Positions 48,706 through 58,270 of a stretch of DNA of 64,000 nucleotides are shown here, in pieces. The DNA is from a virus. Lineage: Duplodnaviria > Caudoviricetes. The stretch covers positions 1 through 64,000 of IMG/VR virus record IMGVR_UViG_3300033066_001528, one strand, 5' to 3'. Each line of letters starts with the position of its first letter. The first letter of the stretch is position 1. The position numbers and the translations under genes were made by a program. Under the pieces are notes generated by a model, which made no database searches, was not told where the DNA came from, and was given only the letters and a program-made list of their open reading frames with translations.

Positions 48706-49929
48706 TCAACGGCGAGCTTTTACCTCACCGGGGAAAGAACCGAAGGGTTCTTCCCGACGAACAGGGCTAACACGATCCGGTGTACCCGTGCGAAGGGCGA
48801 CAATAGACTGCGACCCCAGGAGGTAGAGGTGCTGTGCCATGGTAGCCAGGGTAGCATCCGGCACATTAGGAATGTCAAGAGCGTTGAGGACGAACTCACC
48901 GAGAGAGATGCTAGCGCGAGCTTCTGCCTCGGAAAGAGTCACCCCCAGCCCACGCTTCATCTCGTCCAGAGTCTTGAAACCAGCCGCATCCATGTATGTC
49001 GGGTCACGGAGGAGATCCACGAGGTCTACAGCATCCTTGGCCATGATACGAACGGAAGCGAGATAGTTAAGACCACGGAAAGTCTTGTTCACCGCGTCAG
49101 CAAATTCTGCCGCCGCCGAGCGAAGGGACGCAACTTCCACGGTATCGGGAACAAAACCACTGAGACGATTGGTGAGAGCGTCAATCAGATGGCTAGGGTC
49201 AGCCTTCTGGAGACGGACCTGATCGTACCAAGTAGCGAGGGCGTCGTAGAAACGAAGAACCCCTGGAACAAAAATGGTATCCAAACGGGCGAGGAGACGC
49301 TTACGGTCAGCCGCACCAACGGACTTCGCCGGAACCTTCATGGCACGGAACAGAGGAGCAAAGTCCTCCGCTTGAACGTCATCCATGAGCTTGTAAACCC
49401 GCTCGGCATCGGCCGGAACGTCAAGAGCCTCAGCCGCATCCCCGATCTTCTCCAGAAGTTTCGACCGGAGGGTGTAAAGGTTAGCCTTATTGGCAAAACT
49501 AACCCGAAGTGCAGCTACTGCATCAAGGTGCGTGACCTGACCATTAAGGGTACCACCAGAGATAAGGCCCGAAAGGAACGAAGCGTCATCCCCCAACCGC
49601 TTCAGAACACTTGTGGCCGGAACAACCGCCGGAACAACCGTCGAAACCGAAGGTGTAGACGGGACGATGGACTCACGAAGAGCTTTCACCGCGGCACGAA
49701 GAACCGGGGGCTTCGCCGTAGGAAAGGTCGCCACGGGGAACATACTTGACCAGTCGGCATCGGTTACCGTGGTAGAATCCCCGAGAATGGAAAGGGATGC
49801 GTCACTTCGATCATTGACTGACGAAGCAAGGACAATTTCGTCTACCTTTGCCAGATCAACACCGATCGCCGCAGCGAAGGTAGCCAGAACAGTCGAGAAC
49901 CGAGAGGTCGAAACAGTTGTATCACTCAT
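48706..49929 (-). CDS. Hypothetical helical protein
   Basis: 407 aa; AAGGA Shine-Dalgarno; first gene of the vWA-kinase run. Confidence 0.7.
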   Translation of the reverse strand: MSDTTVSTSRFSTVLATFAAAIGVDLAKVDEIVLASSVNDRSDASLSILGDSTTVTDADWSSMFPVATFPTAKPPVLRAAVKALRESIVPSTPSVSTVVPAVVPATSVLKRLGDDASFLSGLISGGTLNGQVTHLDAVAALRVSFANKANLYTLRSKLLEKIGDAAEALDVPADAERVYKLMDDVQAEDFAPLFRAMKVPAKSVGAADRKRLLARLDTIFVPGVLRFYDALATWYDQVRLQKADPSHLIDALTNRLSGFVPDTVEVASLRSAAAEFADAVNKTFRGLNYLASVRIMAKDAVDLVDLLRDPTYMDAAGFKTLDEMKRGLGVTLSEAEARASISLGEFVLNALDIPNVPDATLATMAQHLYLLGSQSIVALRTGTPDRVSPVRREEPFGSFPGEVKARR

Positions 49930-50013
49930 ACAGTTTTCCTTAGTAAATGTTGGGTGGGGCCACTAACCCCGTGCAACCACAGTTACGACTAACCCAGAAA
50001 ACTGGAGAGGAAA

Positions 50014-50415
50014 TCAGGGGTATGAATTAGCGTTCTCAGACGGCATCAAATTCACAAAGTATCGGTGTGAGGCCACCGACCGACGTTCTGCTTCTTTCTT
50101 AAGGTCATCCAAGGCCACCCCCAGAAGCTGGTCCAATACCATAGCGTCCCCAAGAAGTCTGGCCCTAACGGTTTTTTCTGGTACTCCAGTAGCAAAACTA
50201 ATGCGACGCACGGACCCCTCAAGTGATCGGGTGAGGAGGCCACGGTAGGAATCCAGCCCCTTCTCCCACTGGCCCACGGAACGATAAAAAGGTTCTGCCG
50301 GGTTCATTCGTCCAGTATGAGCGGCTAGGATGGGGAGAAGATGCTTTCTTGTTTCCGGCTTATCATGGGCCAGACGTACAAGCTTTGAGTAAAGGCCCGG
50401 CATAGGGTTAGTCAC
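50014..50415 (-). CDS. Hypothetical protein with tag A
   Basis: LYSKLVRLAHDKPETRKHLLPIL. Confidence 0.7.
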   Translation of the reverse strand: MTNPMPGLYSKLVRLAHDKPETRKHLLPILAAHTGRMNPAEPFYRSVGQWEKGLDSYRGLLTRSLEGSVRRISFATGVPEKTVRARLLGDAMVLDQLLGVALDDLKKEAERRSVASHRYFVNLMPSENANSYP

Positions 50416-50956
50416 CTATCCCAAAAGAGGAATCTTCCCAAATCCAGACGTTCGGCCCCCGAACACGCCACCCGGAACCCCTATAGCTGGTAGATCCAGG
50501 AACCCCACCCCCAGTAATCTGGAACAACTTTGGCATGACCAGAGCAATCGCCTCGGCAAAATTCGGGTCAACCTCGGACTTAACGACGTACCCACTGTTA
50601 TCAGACCAAGCTTCCTGTGTAGACCACATACCCATTTGTGCAAGGGCACCTTCTTGGAAGGTTTTAGAAGCTAAGTTTAGCCGTACCAAGCGAACGAATT
50701 CCTTTAAGGTACGGTACATACCACGAACACCATCCTTCATGTAGTCCGGAACGATGTTCGGATTCACCTGATCATTTTTCGCAGTAACAACTATCTCCCC
50801 ATTTGTGTATGTGAAAGTTAAGAGGAGGGTAGCCCGATTGATTCCGTTCCCAATCTGCATGGGAACCGCAGCTTCCTTAAGTATTGGTAGAAGATGCGGT
50901 CTGAGGGAAGGATTTTGATGGGCTAGGCGGATAACTTTGGATCTAAGGGTCGTCAT
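50408..50956 (-). CDS. Hypothetical protein with tag A
   Basis: MTTLRSKVIRLAHQNPSLRPHLLPILKEAA. Confidence 0.75.
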   Translation of the reverse strand: MTTLRSKVIRLAHQNPSLRPHLLPILKEAAVPMQIGNGINRATLLLTFTYTNGEIVVTAKNDQVNPNIVPDYMKDGVRGMYRTLKEFVRLVRLNLASKTFQEGALAQMGMWSTQEAWSDNSGYVVKSEVDPNFAEAIALVMPKLFQITGGGVPGSTSYRGSGWRVRGPNVWIWEDSSFGIGD

Positions 50957-50988
50957 ACCATAAAAGAAGGAAACAACAAATTAACGAG

Positions 50989-51726
50989 TTAGAATTTTGA
51001 TCCTTCAATGATTGGGCAGTCCGGTAACACACCAAAAGGATTGGGGGTGTTGTGTTGCTTGAACCACCCACCAATCTTATTGGAAACCAACCTGAAAAAT
51101 TGACGGCGAGTGTCCTTAGACACTCGCAGGGCCTCATGAGGGGTTCGGTCGGTCATCCAATACAAGTAGTTGGGTCTCATCTTCTCACTCAACCCCGAAG
51201 GGGAAGTCATTAATGCTCCGTGCTTGTCTACTTTACCAGCAGAGCAGTCCCATATTCTACAAGATCCATCCGTTGAAGCCATGTAGATACCATCCCGAAT
51301 CGCACAACCCTCTTTTTGACCTTTACCCCAACCCCCGCCCCATCCTGAATGCAGAGAACCCTTCCCCCAGCCCCCACCCCATCCACCCTGCTTTGTGGAA
51401 TCGTAACTTTCCGTATGTATACCGCCACGTCTCTGAGAGTCTCCGGATTTAACTAAGCTCTCATGAACGGTAAGGTAAGCCACCTTACCTCTCTCAATCG
51501 AGGAACACTTATCAATCATCGGAAGGTAACCATGCAAATAACCAGGAATTGTTGCTGGGTCACCCATGATGAAAGGCATCATATTGATAGACCTACCTTG
51601 AAATTCGGGAAACTGAACTGATCCAATCCGTCGGTAATGTTGCGTTTCCAATAAAGGAAGAAGATCCTTTCGCAAGGAAGGATTTTGATGGGCCAGACGA
51701 ATAAGTTTGGATCTAAGGCTTTTCAT
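50989..51726 (-). CDS. 2OG-Fe(II) oxygenase-like protein with tag A
   Basis: MKSLRSKLIRLAHQNPSLRKDLLPLL followed by a domain paralogous to 36450..37196. Confidence 0.65.
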   Translation of the reverse strand: MKSLRSKLIRLAHQNPSLRKDLLPLLETQHYRRIGSVQFPEFQGRSINMMPFIMGDPATIPGYLHGYLPMIDKCSSIERGKVAYLTVHESLVKSGDSQRRGGIHTESYDSTKQGGWGGGWGKGSLHSGWGGGWGKGQKEGCAIRDGIYMASTDGSCRIWDCSAGKVDKHGALMTSPSGLSEKMRPNYLYWMTDRTPHEALRVSKDTRRQFFRLVSNKIGGWFKQHNTPNPFGVLPDCPIIEGSKF

Positions 51727-51750
51727 ACCTGGAAAGCCACTAGAAAAAGT

Positions 51751-53121
51751 TTACCGGACAACACGAGCAAGCTCTGTCAGCGCCCGGCGGTATTTGGCCC
51801 GAGCGGAAGGAACCCTAGCCAACGTACCCATGAAAATGTCACGGTGGATGTTTGCATAAGGGTTCGAGTAGTCTCGAACGATCGGATCCAAAGCGGCGAA
51901 AATACGGAAGACTCTTTTGGGGTCCAAAGGGGGGCATGTACTACTCAATAAAGTCTTCAAATCGTGCTTGGAGTCTTCCATCCGTGTATGGAACTCCACA
52001 TCGTCTAGAGCATGGAGGCTGATTTTAGATGGATCTTCAATCCCTTGCTCCATCAAAGACCTAAGGGCCTTCCCCCTCTCCCCCAGCAGCAAACCATCCT
52101 GCGGCACTCTACCTGCGTCCAATTCCTGCCTGTAAAGAGGGGTCTGCTGTTTTATCGTCGGAAATCCACGACCGGAAGGGCGCTCACGTTCACTACCCAA
52201 ACCACCCAACGCAAGAGAGAGATACGTCTGAACCATGTGTTGCAACTCATGACGAACAGTCACACCAATCTCGTCTCTTGTTTTGTCAAATGCAAACATG
52301 AAATGAGCAAATGACGACACGAGAGGCGAAAGACGTACGCTTAGAACCCTTTTGGATGGGTTCCAGCTACCCTCGGATGAGTGTCCCGGGATGACTTTTA
52401 CGGTAATGAAATTCCAACGATCGATAGCATCTTTTACAGCTTCATCTACTGACCTAACAACCCCGTCATCCCCCTCGACGGACACCAAATCAGCCATGGG
52501 ACCCAAAAGATTCCTATACTTCTTGGTAAGCTCTGGAAGAAACTTACCCAAATCTTGAAATTTTGGGTAGGCCCAGCCTTGAGTATTAACAGGAAACTTT
52601 TTCTCAACCGTGTTATGGAGAGCAGACTCTGCCCCCACCGTCTTAGACCGATTGATAACCCCCAATTGTGCTGATAGATTAGACTTGAATCTATTTTCTT
52701 TGCCTAAGATAAGATCCAGGCGACGGTACACCAAAAAAATATCGGTGTCTAACGCATCCCACAGAGAACCATCAGACAAAAAGAGAAGGAAGTCCTTTTT
52801 GTCTATCGGGGTAGGCTGATCAATCTTGAATTTGCGGAGGTATTTAAGAAGAGTCTGATAGGAGTCCCAAGAAGCCTTAGGCTTCTTGGCTATGACTTTG
52901 GCCCTCAATTCCCCCGCAAGGTATTTCAGTGTTGATGGCGCCTCCTCCAAATCTCTAAGATCGTCCGCACCCATCAATGGCTGTGATAAGAGATATTCTC
53001 GGCGGCTTTCAAGGGTAACGGAAAAAACCCAATCAGAAATGTCCCTAAGCATCACTGGTGGAACCTGCAATGTCCCACCTTCCATATAGCGCCGGGCTAC
53101 AACGACAGGTCGAGTATACAT
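51751..53121 (-). CDS. Zincin-like metallopeptidase domain protein with tag B
   Basis: VRHELQHMVQ...HALDDVEF; N-terminal VVARRYMEGG. Confidence 0.65.
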   Translation of the reverse strand: MYTRPVVVARRYMEGGTLQVPPVMLRDISDWVFSVTLESRREYLLSQPLMGADDLRDLEEAPSTLKYLAGELRAKVIAKKPKASWDSYQTLLKYLRKFKIDQPTPIDKKDFLLFLSDGSLWDALDTDIFLVYRRLDLILGKENRFKSNLSAQLGVINRSKTVGAESALHNTVEKKFPVNTQGWAYPKFQDLGKFLPELTKKYRNLLGPMADLVSVEGDDGVVRSVDEAVKDAIDRWNFITVKVIPGHSSEGSWNPSKRVLSVRLSPLVSSFAHFMFAFDKTRDEIGVTVRHELQHMVQTYLSLALGGLGSERERPSGRGFPTIKQQTPLYRQELDAGRVPQDGLLLGERGKALRSLMEQGIEDPSKISLHALDDVEFHTRMEDSKHDLKTLLSSTCPPLDPKRVFRIFAALDPIVRDYSNPYANIHRDIFMGTLARVPSARAKYRRALTELARVVR

Positions 53122-53129
53122 AACAACCC

Positions 53130-53387
53130 TTAAGCGTCTACGATATAGCCTAAGTCTTCCAAAGTATCCAAAAGATCATCGTAGCCAATTGTGCGACCAA
53201 AAGAAACGGTCAGACGGTCATGCTTGGGTTTGGTGCGGATCCCTCTCTTGGAGAGATCGCGGAATAGCCTATCCAAGTCATCCGCATCTAGGAAAGCGTA
53301 CTCGTCCGCATTGGTAACGGTAACCAAATTTCCGGTGTTCCCGGACTTACGGAGGAAAGCTACAACAATTCTTCTTGCAAGGGTCAT
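53130..53387 (-). CDS. Small protein with tag-B-like N-terminus
   Basis: MTLARRIVVAFLRKSG; ferredoxin/HMA-like ending LEDLGY. Confidence 0.55.
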   Translation of the reverse strand: MTLARRIVVAFLRKSGNTGNLVTVTNADEYAFLDADDLDRLFRDLSKRGIRTKPKHDRLTVSFGRTIGYDDLLDTLEDLGYIVDA

Positions 53388-53417
53388 ACGACCGAAAGAA
53401 GATAGGAAAGGAATTGC

Positions 53418-53738
53418 TCAGATATCACGGGAAGGTGGGACACATGGAGTGTATCCAACCAGGGCATAACAGTCACCATCCACGTCACAGAAGCAATGGT
53501 CCTCGGAAGGCCAGCAGTGACGAATTCTTTCCGACTGAACACCAACGGGTTCACCACGGCCGTTAAGCCGTACATCCTCCGGGCAAACAGAGGGAGCGTC
53601 TGCGTCCACCTCTGGTAGATCAACGGATCCATCGGACCCCAAAGATGGAATCTCCAAACCAATGTCGGTTGGGGTTGCAGGAGAAGAACAATCCTTGCAA
53701 CCAAAAATGAAAGCAAGTATCAGAGCATATCGTTTCAT
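53418..53738 (-). CDS. Putative Cys-rich lipoprotein
   Basis: MKRYALILAFIFGC lipobox-like signal; Cys-rich C-terminus. Confidence 0.55.
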   Translation of the reverse strand: MKRYALILAFIFGCKDCSSPATPTDIGLEIPSLGSDGSVDLPEVDADAPSVCPEDVRLNGRGEPVGVQSERIRHCWPSEDHCFCDVDGDCYALVGYTPCVPPSRDI

Positions 53739-53764
53739 GGTTCCCATGAGAAACCATAGGGTGA

Positions 53765-54007
53765 CTAACGGAGTTGAATCATGGATCTGGGGACTGCTAC
53801 TGCGGTCCAGCCCCAAAATTTTGAGTCCAACGGAGGACCCAAAGGAATATCCAGAGTGACGATGTAAGTACGCATAAGGTCGTCCATCGATAGACCCGAA
53901 ATGGAACCGAAAACTGATATTGGATCCCCCAACCCTGGATTCAGAGTGACGACAACTTTGGTGTCAATCTGTAAAGGATTTGGATCGAAGTGAGTTGGTT
54001 GAATCAT
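53765..54007 (-). CDS. Small hypothetical protein (SH3-like)
   Basis: 80 aa, with CGTAA motif 8 nt upstream. Confidence 0.55.
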   Translation of the reverse strand: MIQPTHFDPNPLQIDTKVVVTLNPGLGDPISVFGSISGLSMDDLMRTYIVTLDIPLGPPLDSKFWGWTAVAVPRSMIQLR

Positions 54008-54028
54008 GGAAGTGATTACGCTCGTACC

Positions 54029-56107
54029 TCATTCTTTGACAACACCCAGAATCCAATTTTTAACAGCATCCGAAGTCCCCGAGGGGTGCACGATATATGA
54101 AGTGAGTAATTCGGCCCACCACTCGGTCAGATTGGTTCTGGCATAGTCGGTAGGCATCCATTCATTCTCACGTCGTTCATAGCGTGTTTCATGCATGGTT
54201 TGGAAGCCATCAACGACTTCTTTGGACTTCACAAGAGCGCTGTATTCCTGCGAGATTCTTTCCTTTTCCTCTTGTAAATGCTTCAGACGGGATTTCACCG
54301 AATCAGGCATAACCCTCCAAGAAATCATGCGCGTCGGTTCTTCCATAACGAGTGGTATTTTCCGTGCCACATCCGAAGGGGAGGGGTTTAGTAATTCAAC
54401 CCTGCAAACTTTGACCCCCACGGACAAAACCTTGTAGGTACGAACGTAAGGGGTGTCCCGAAGATAAGGATTTACCCACCCCTCTACGGAATATGTCATC
54501 CCCCTCTTCAGACCGGACTTCTCCAGGGTCTCTATCTCTTGTTGAACATCATCTAGCTGTTTCTTAGCTAACGCAACAGTTACCTGAACGTCACTCTTTT
54601 GAACAACTCGTTGAAGTTGAAGTGCCATGCCGAACTGCTTTGAAATGTCCGAGTTAGTCACACCTAAAACAGCGTAGTGGTACCAATGAGCCAACTCATG
54701 CACCATGGTAGCAACACTCTGCGTCCGCAAAGTCTTCGGAACCAACCAAATAGCATTGTCGGAAGGGTAGTAGGCGGAGCGGGTAGACCCCCCTCGCGGG
54801 CCCAATACAATAGTAGCTTTAGATGAGCCAAAAGGGATGCCAGCAGCTATGTACATTCTTTCAACTCTATCCAACAGGGCCAACGTTGGTTCAAGGTAGG
54901 ATTTATTGGCAGGGGTGACTAGAATACGAAATCTACCATGATCCAAACTCTCTGTTCCAGCCGGAATAACAGGACGACGAGCAGCCACCAACGCTCTGGA
55001 AGCCACCCTAGCCTCCAACCCAAAATCTTTTGGTCCACAAATAAGGGGTAGGGGTGGGACATCTACATTATGGACCGTCACACGTACATCATCCCTCTCC
55101 AGAGCCGTTCTGGCAGTTTGGAGATAGGTGTTGTAGTTTGACATATTTTCGTTTTCCCAAACATCCACCCTATCGACAGTATTGTAGCTTGCCAGAAGAA
55201 CCCCGAGAACTTTCTTTTTGAAAGCAACGGCACTCATGCCGGGGTTGAAATACATACGGTCGAAATGGATCCCCATCTGGGATAAAAGCTCCTTCACTCG
55301 TGGCTCGTGGCTTTTTACTCTCCCGGTCACCAGAGCCGTGTAAGTCCCCGCATCACGCACGGCTTCTTTGGCTCCAGCAACGGATCCGTGGATCCAATAC
55401 TCGGAACCAGGGTGAGAAGGGACACATGGGTCATCCAAAGACACGGGTTGAATGAAAAAAGAGTACGGGGTTTGATCAGTCCACCAATCAGGTGTCTTCT
55501 CCCACGACCGGAAAAGTGTCCCGTCAAAGTCAAACATAGAGATACGGGTGTAGGATCGAGCTTCCTTGCTCGTCGCCACCCTCCCAAAGTATTCATCATC
55601 TGTCACGACATAGTTCACTTTCGAAGGGTCGTAGTTGAGATATTCGTCATACCTGTTCCCGTAAAGGATGTTGATTCTGCCTTTGACCGTCGAAAGCCAC
55701 TTCTGGTTGAGGAGTTTTCCGTCAGGCTCATGGGTCCCCAACTGAAACACGTCCCCAGGCTTGAGCATCCCCAGAACAGCATCATTGAGTTGAGTCCCCA
55801 ACCCCTTGCGACGATAGTCCGGATGGACTCCGATGTAAGCGCCCTGGTAGATGTCTCCCGTGATGATTTGGTGACCTTCCCTTTCCAACCAACGATTGAG
55901 GTCGTCTTTAACGTTTTTCCACTTGTAAAATTTGAATGCCGCGACGAGTTTTTTCCCGTTGAGGGCGACCCAATAGATACCGCGAAGTGAGGTGTCCTGC
56001 ATCCAATCGGTGTCATCTTTGTCCGCAAAAGGGACACCCGTTTTGCGCTTCTGAGCATTCAGGAGCTTGTAGAAGTCATCGGCGCTGACCAGTTTGATCG
56101 TGAGCAT
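54029..56107 (-). CDS. Polyvalent protein: GNAT acetyltransferase + HAD phosphatase + zincin peptidase
   Basis: GNAT: VHPDYRRKGLGT. HAD: MFDFDGTLF..LVTGR. Zincin: MVHELAHW..PTDYARTNLTEWWAE. Confidence 0.8.
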   Translation of the reverse strand: MLTIKLVSADDFYKLLNAQKRKTGVPFADKDDTDWMQDTSLRGIYWVALNGKKLVAAFKFYKWKNVKDDLNRWLEREGHQIITGDIYQGAYIGVHPDYRRKGLGTQLNDAVLGMLKPGDVFQLGTHEPDGKLLNQKWLSTVKGRINILYGNRYDEYLNYDPSKVNYVVTDDEYFGRVATSKEARSYTRISMFDFDGTLFRSWEKTPDWWTDQTPYSFFIQPVSLDDPCVPSHPGSEYWIHGSVAGAKEAVRDAGTYTALVTGRVKSHEPRVKELLSQMGIHFDRMYFNPGMSAVAFKKKVLGVLLASYNTVDRVDVWENENMSNYNTYLQTARTALERDDVRVTVHNVDVPPLPLICGPKDFGLEARVASRALVAARRPVIPAGTESLDHGRFRILVTPANKSYLEPTLALLDRVERMYIAAGIPFGSSKATIVLGPRGGSTRSAYYPSDNAIWLVPKTLRTQSVATMVHELAHWYHYAVLGVTNSDISKQFGMALQLQRVVQKSDVQVTVALAKKQLDDVQQEIETLEKSGLKRGMTYSVEGWVNPYLRDTPYVRTYKVLSVGVKVCRVELLNPSPSDVARKIPLVMEEPTRMISWRVMPDSVKSRLKHLQEEKERISQEYSALVKSKEVVDGFQTMHETRYERRENEWMPTDYARTNLTEWWAELLTSYIVHPSGTSDAVKNWILGVVKE

Positions 56108-56123
56108 GGGTCATTCATCCCAG

Positions 56124-56140
56124 GGTAAATAGTCATTATC
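56124..56140. promoter_or_regulatory. Single GGTAA-N7-TTATC palindromic site between divergent genes
   Basis: Lies in the 44-nt gap between ATG 56107 (-) and ATG 56152 (+). Confidence 0.55.
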
Positions 56141-56151
56141 GCCGAAGGGTG

Positions 56152-56943
56152 ATGCCTATGAGTCAAGCGCAACGGGTTGCGTCGAGGGTTATGATGGCCG
56201 GGAGTGGAAGTGCGACTCCCCTAACCAGTCAGTATTGGAACAAGCTCCCAAAAGGTGATCGCTTTGAGTGGCTGGCAGGGTTCTTTGGGGATAAACCTGG
56301 AGGGAAAACTTTTGCCGCGAGCCATGAAACTACCAGCACCATTCAAACCATCCTGAATGAGGCTGGAGAATATTGGTCATGGAGGGCTGCGGAAGAGTTC
56401 GCGGATGCTGTAGACGAAGAGGCCAAAGAGTGGAAAGAACGAGGATACAAATTCGAGCAGAGAGAAACGGCAGACGAACTGAACCTAGAGACGGTGCTGG
56501 ACAAGTACATTGGGGACAGTCGGATGATGAGCTCAAAGGAGATTGTTTTCCTTCGAGGGGTGATTGAAGCCAGTCACGTAGCACCTGGGTTGAGGTTCCT
56601 GGAGAGGATCCAGGCGGATAACCCTGGATGGCAGGAAGGTGAGCATGTCAAATTCTCCATCGCTTCGTTCTCAGCCGTGGAGTTCTCCAAAGGCAAAAAT
56701 GCTGGGAACATTGGGTGGAAAAGCACGGATCAATGCATCGTCCGGGTCAACAACCCTTCCAGGGGACTCACCATCTCCTACGCTGCCAGGGATATGATGA
56801 CCATGCAGTTTGATGCTGCTTCCGAACGAGAGACCCTCCTGGGAGGGAATTACGTGGTGGAGTCGGTTGAGAAAATCGTGGAACCACACACAACCCCAGC
56901 CTATGGGTACCGCATTCCTATGTACGTTCTCCATGAGTCCTGA
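56152..56943 (+). CDS. ADP-ribosyltransferase-like protein (R-S-E class) with tag B
   Basis: FLRG, ASFS and SERETLL; N-terminal AQRVASRVMMAG. Confidence 0.65.
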   Translation: MPMSQAQRVASRVMMAGSGSATPLTSQYWNKLPKGDRFEWLAGFFGDKPGGKTFAASHETTSTIQTILNEAGEYWSWRAAEEFADAVDEEAKEWKERGYKFEQRETADELNLETVLDKYIGDSRMMSSKEIVFLRGVIEASHVAPGLRFLERIQADNPGWQEGEHVKFSIASFSAVEFSKGKNAGNIGWKSTDQCIVRVNNPSRGLTISYAARDMMTMQFDAASERETLLGGNYVVESVEKIVEPHTTPAYGYRIPMYVLHES

Positions 56944-56974
56944 GCGGTAGAAGGTCACTATCCCCGGCTAGTGG

Positions 56975-58270
56975 ATGGATCCCCGCAGAGTAGCACACAG
57001 ATTCCTAATCGCTGACGCCTTGCTCTCCGAGGAGTGGGTAGAGACACAGCTTAGAACGGTGAGAGAGCTCACCACCAAACCCGTAGATGGAAGCGACTTC
57101 GAGGCCATCATCCAGGGGATTGAGAACCTCAATGCCTACATGAGAGGAATTCAGGAGCACATTGAGCGTGCTTCCAACTTTCACCCCTACTTTGCCAAGG
57201 AGGTTGATTGGGACAACAACTACACCCTGGATAGGATGGTCAAACCCCTCGGATACGTCGCTAGGGACTACAAAGAACTTGTCAAGCAACTGAAGGATCG
57301 ACGAAAGGCCCCTCTGTGGGATTTCACAGAACTTGTCATTCGGGCTCAGTACAAGAAGGACGTCAAATCAATCGGTGATGCTCCCCGGTTCTCCCCCAGC
57401 CTATGGCAATACAAAACAGACGCGGTACTCCAGGATGTGGAGTCCAAAATACCGGATGAAATTGACCAGACAACACTTAACCCACAGCTTGTGTCCTGGC
57501 TGAAGGCGAAGAAAGTCAAGGATAGGATTTTCCGTGTTGGTATGGACAGGAGTCGGTACACGGTAGACCCCTTGGGGACCCTAACGATGTGGTTCAATGA
57601 CCTGAGGGAGAAGCCACGAACGGATGAGCTCTATCAGGACAAAGGGGCATACAGGGAGGTGAGCATAGGTCGGGCCACCCTCGTTCTGTTGGACCCCGAA
57701 AACGAGGCGGTGTTTGACGCGGCATCGGTGAAAGCAATTGCAGGGGTGTACCGCAACCTACAGCAAGCAAGGTTGGGTGCGGTTTGGTACGGTCCCCTCT
57801 TCTACGTCTCCAAGGAGAACCCCAAGCTCACTGGGAAACTGCTCGAACTAGCGAAAAACATGGGGTACGACATCCAGAGCTATGGCGGTAGGTACAACCA
57901 CAAGAATGACCTCGTTGTGACTTCTGGGTACCCGGAGAACGCAGCCTCCACCCTGACCCACGAGCTTGGCCACCGGTACTGGTTCAAATTCATGAAACAG
58001 GAGCAGCGGGAGAGGTTCCAGAACATGGTCCGCACACGCCCTGCCGTGATCGAAGAGGGCAATGAGGCCAAAAAGAAGTACCTGGAGGAGATGGACTACC
58101 TACCGGGTGAGATCAACGATGATGGGGATCTGAAACCAGTCCTACCCGTGTCTGAATACGGAGGGACCAACATCGCCGAAGCTTTTGCCGAGGTGTTCTC
58201 CCACTATGTCCAGGGGAGAGAGATGACCCGAGACCAGAGAGTGAGCTTCAAATGGATCATTGGCCACTGA
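56975..58270 (+). CDS. Zincin metallopeptidase (lethal-factor/MPTase-like) with tag B
   Basis: THELGHRYW...VSEYGGTNIAEAFAE; N-terminal MDPRRVAHRFLIA. Confidence 0.75.
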   Translation: MDPRRVAHRFLIADALLSEEWVETQLRTVRELTTKPVDGSDFEAIIQGIENLNAYMRGIQEHIERASNFHPYFAKEVDWDNNYTLDRMVKPLGYVARDYKELVKQLKDRRKAPLWDFTELVIRAQYKKDVKSIGDAPRFSPSLWQYKTDAVLQDVESKIPDEIDQTTLNPQLVSWLKAKKVKDRIFRVGMDRSRYTVDPLGTLTMWFNDLREKPRTDELYQDKGAYREVSIGRATLVLLDPENEAVFDAASVKAIAGVYRNLQQARLGAVWYGPLFYVSKENPKLTGKLLELAKNMGYDIQSYGGRYNHKNDLVVTSGYPENAASTLTHELGHRYWFKFMKQEQRERFQNMVRTRPAVIEEGNEAKKKYLEEMDYLPGEINDDGDLKPVLPVSEYGGTNIAEAFAEVFSHYVQGREMTRDQRVSFKWIIGH

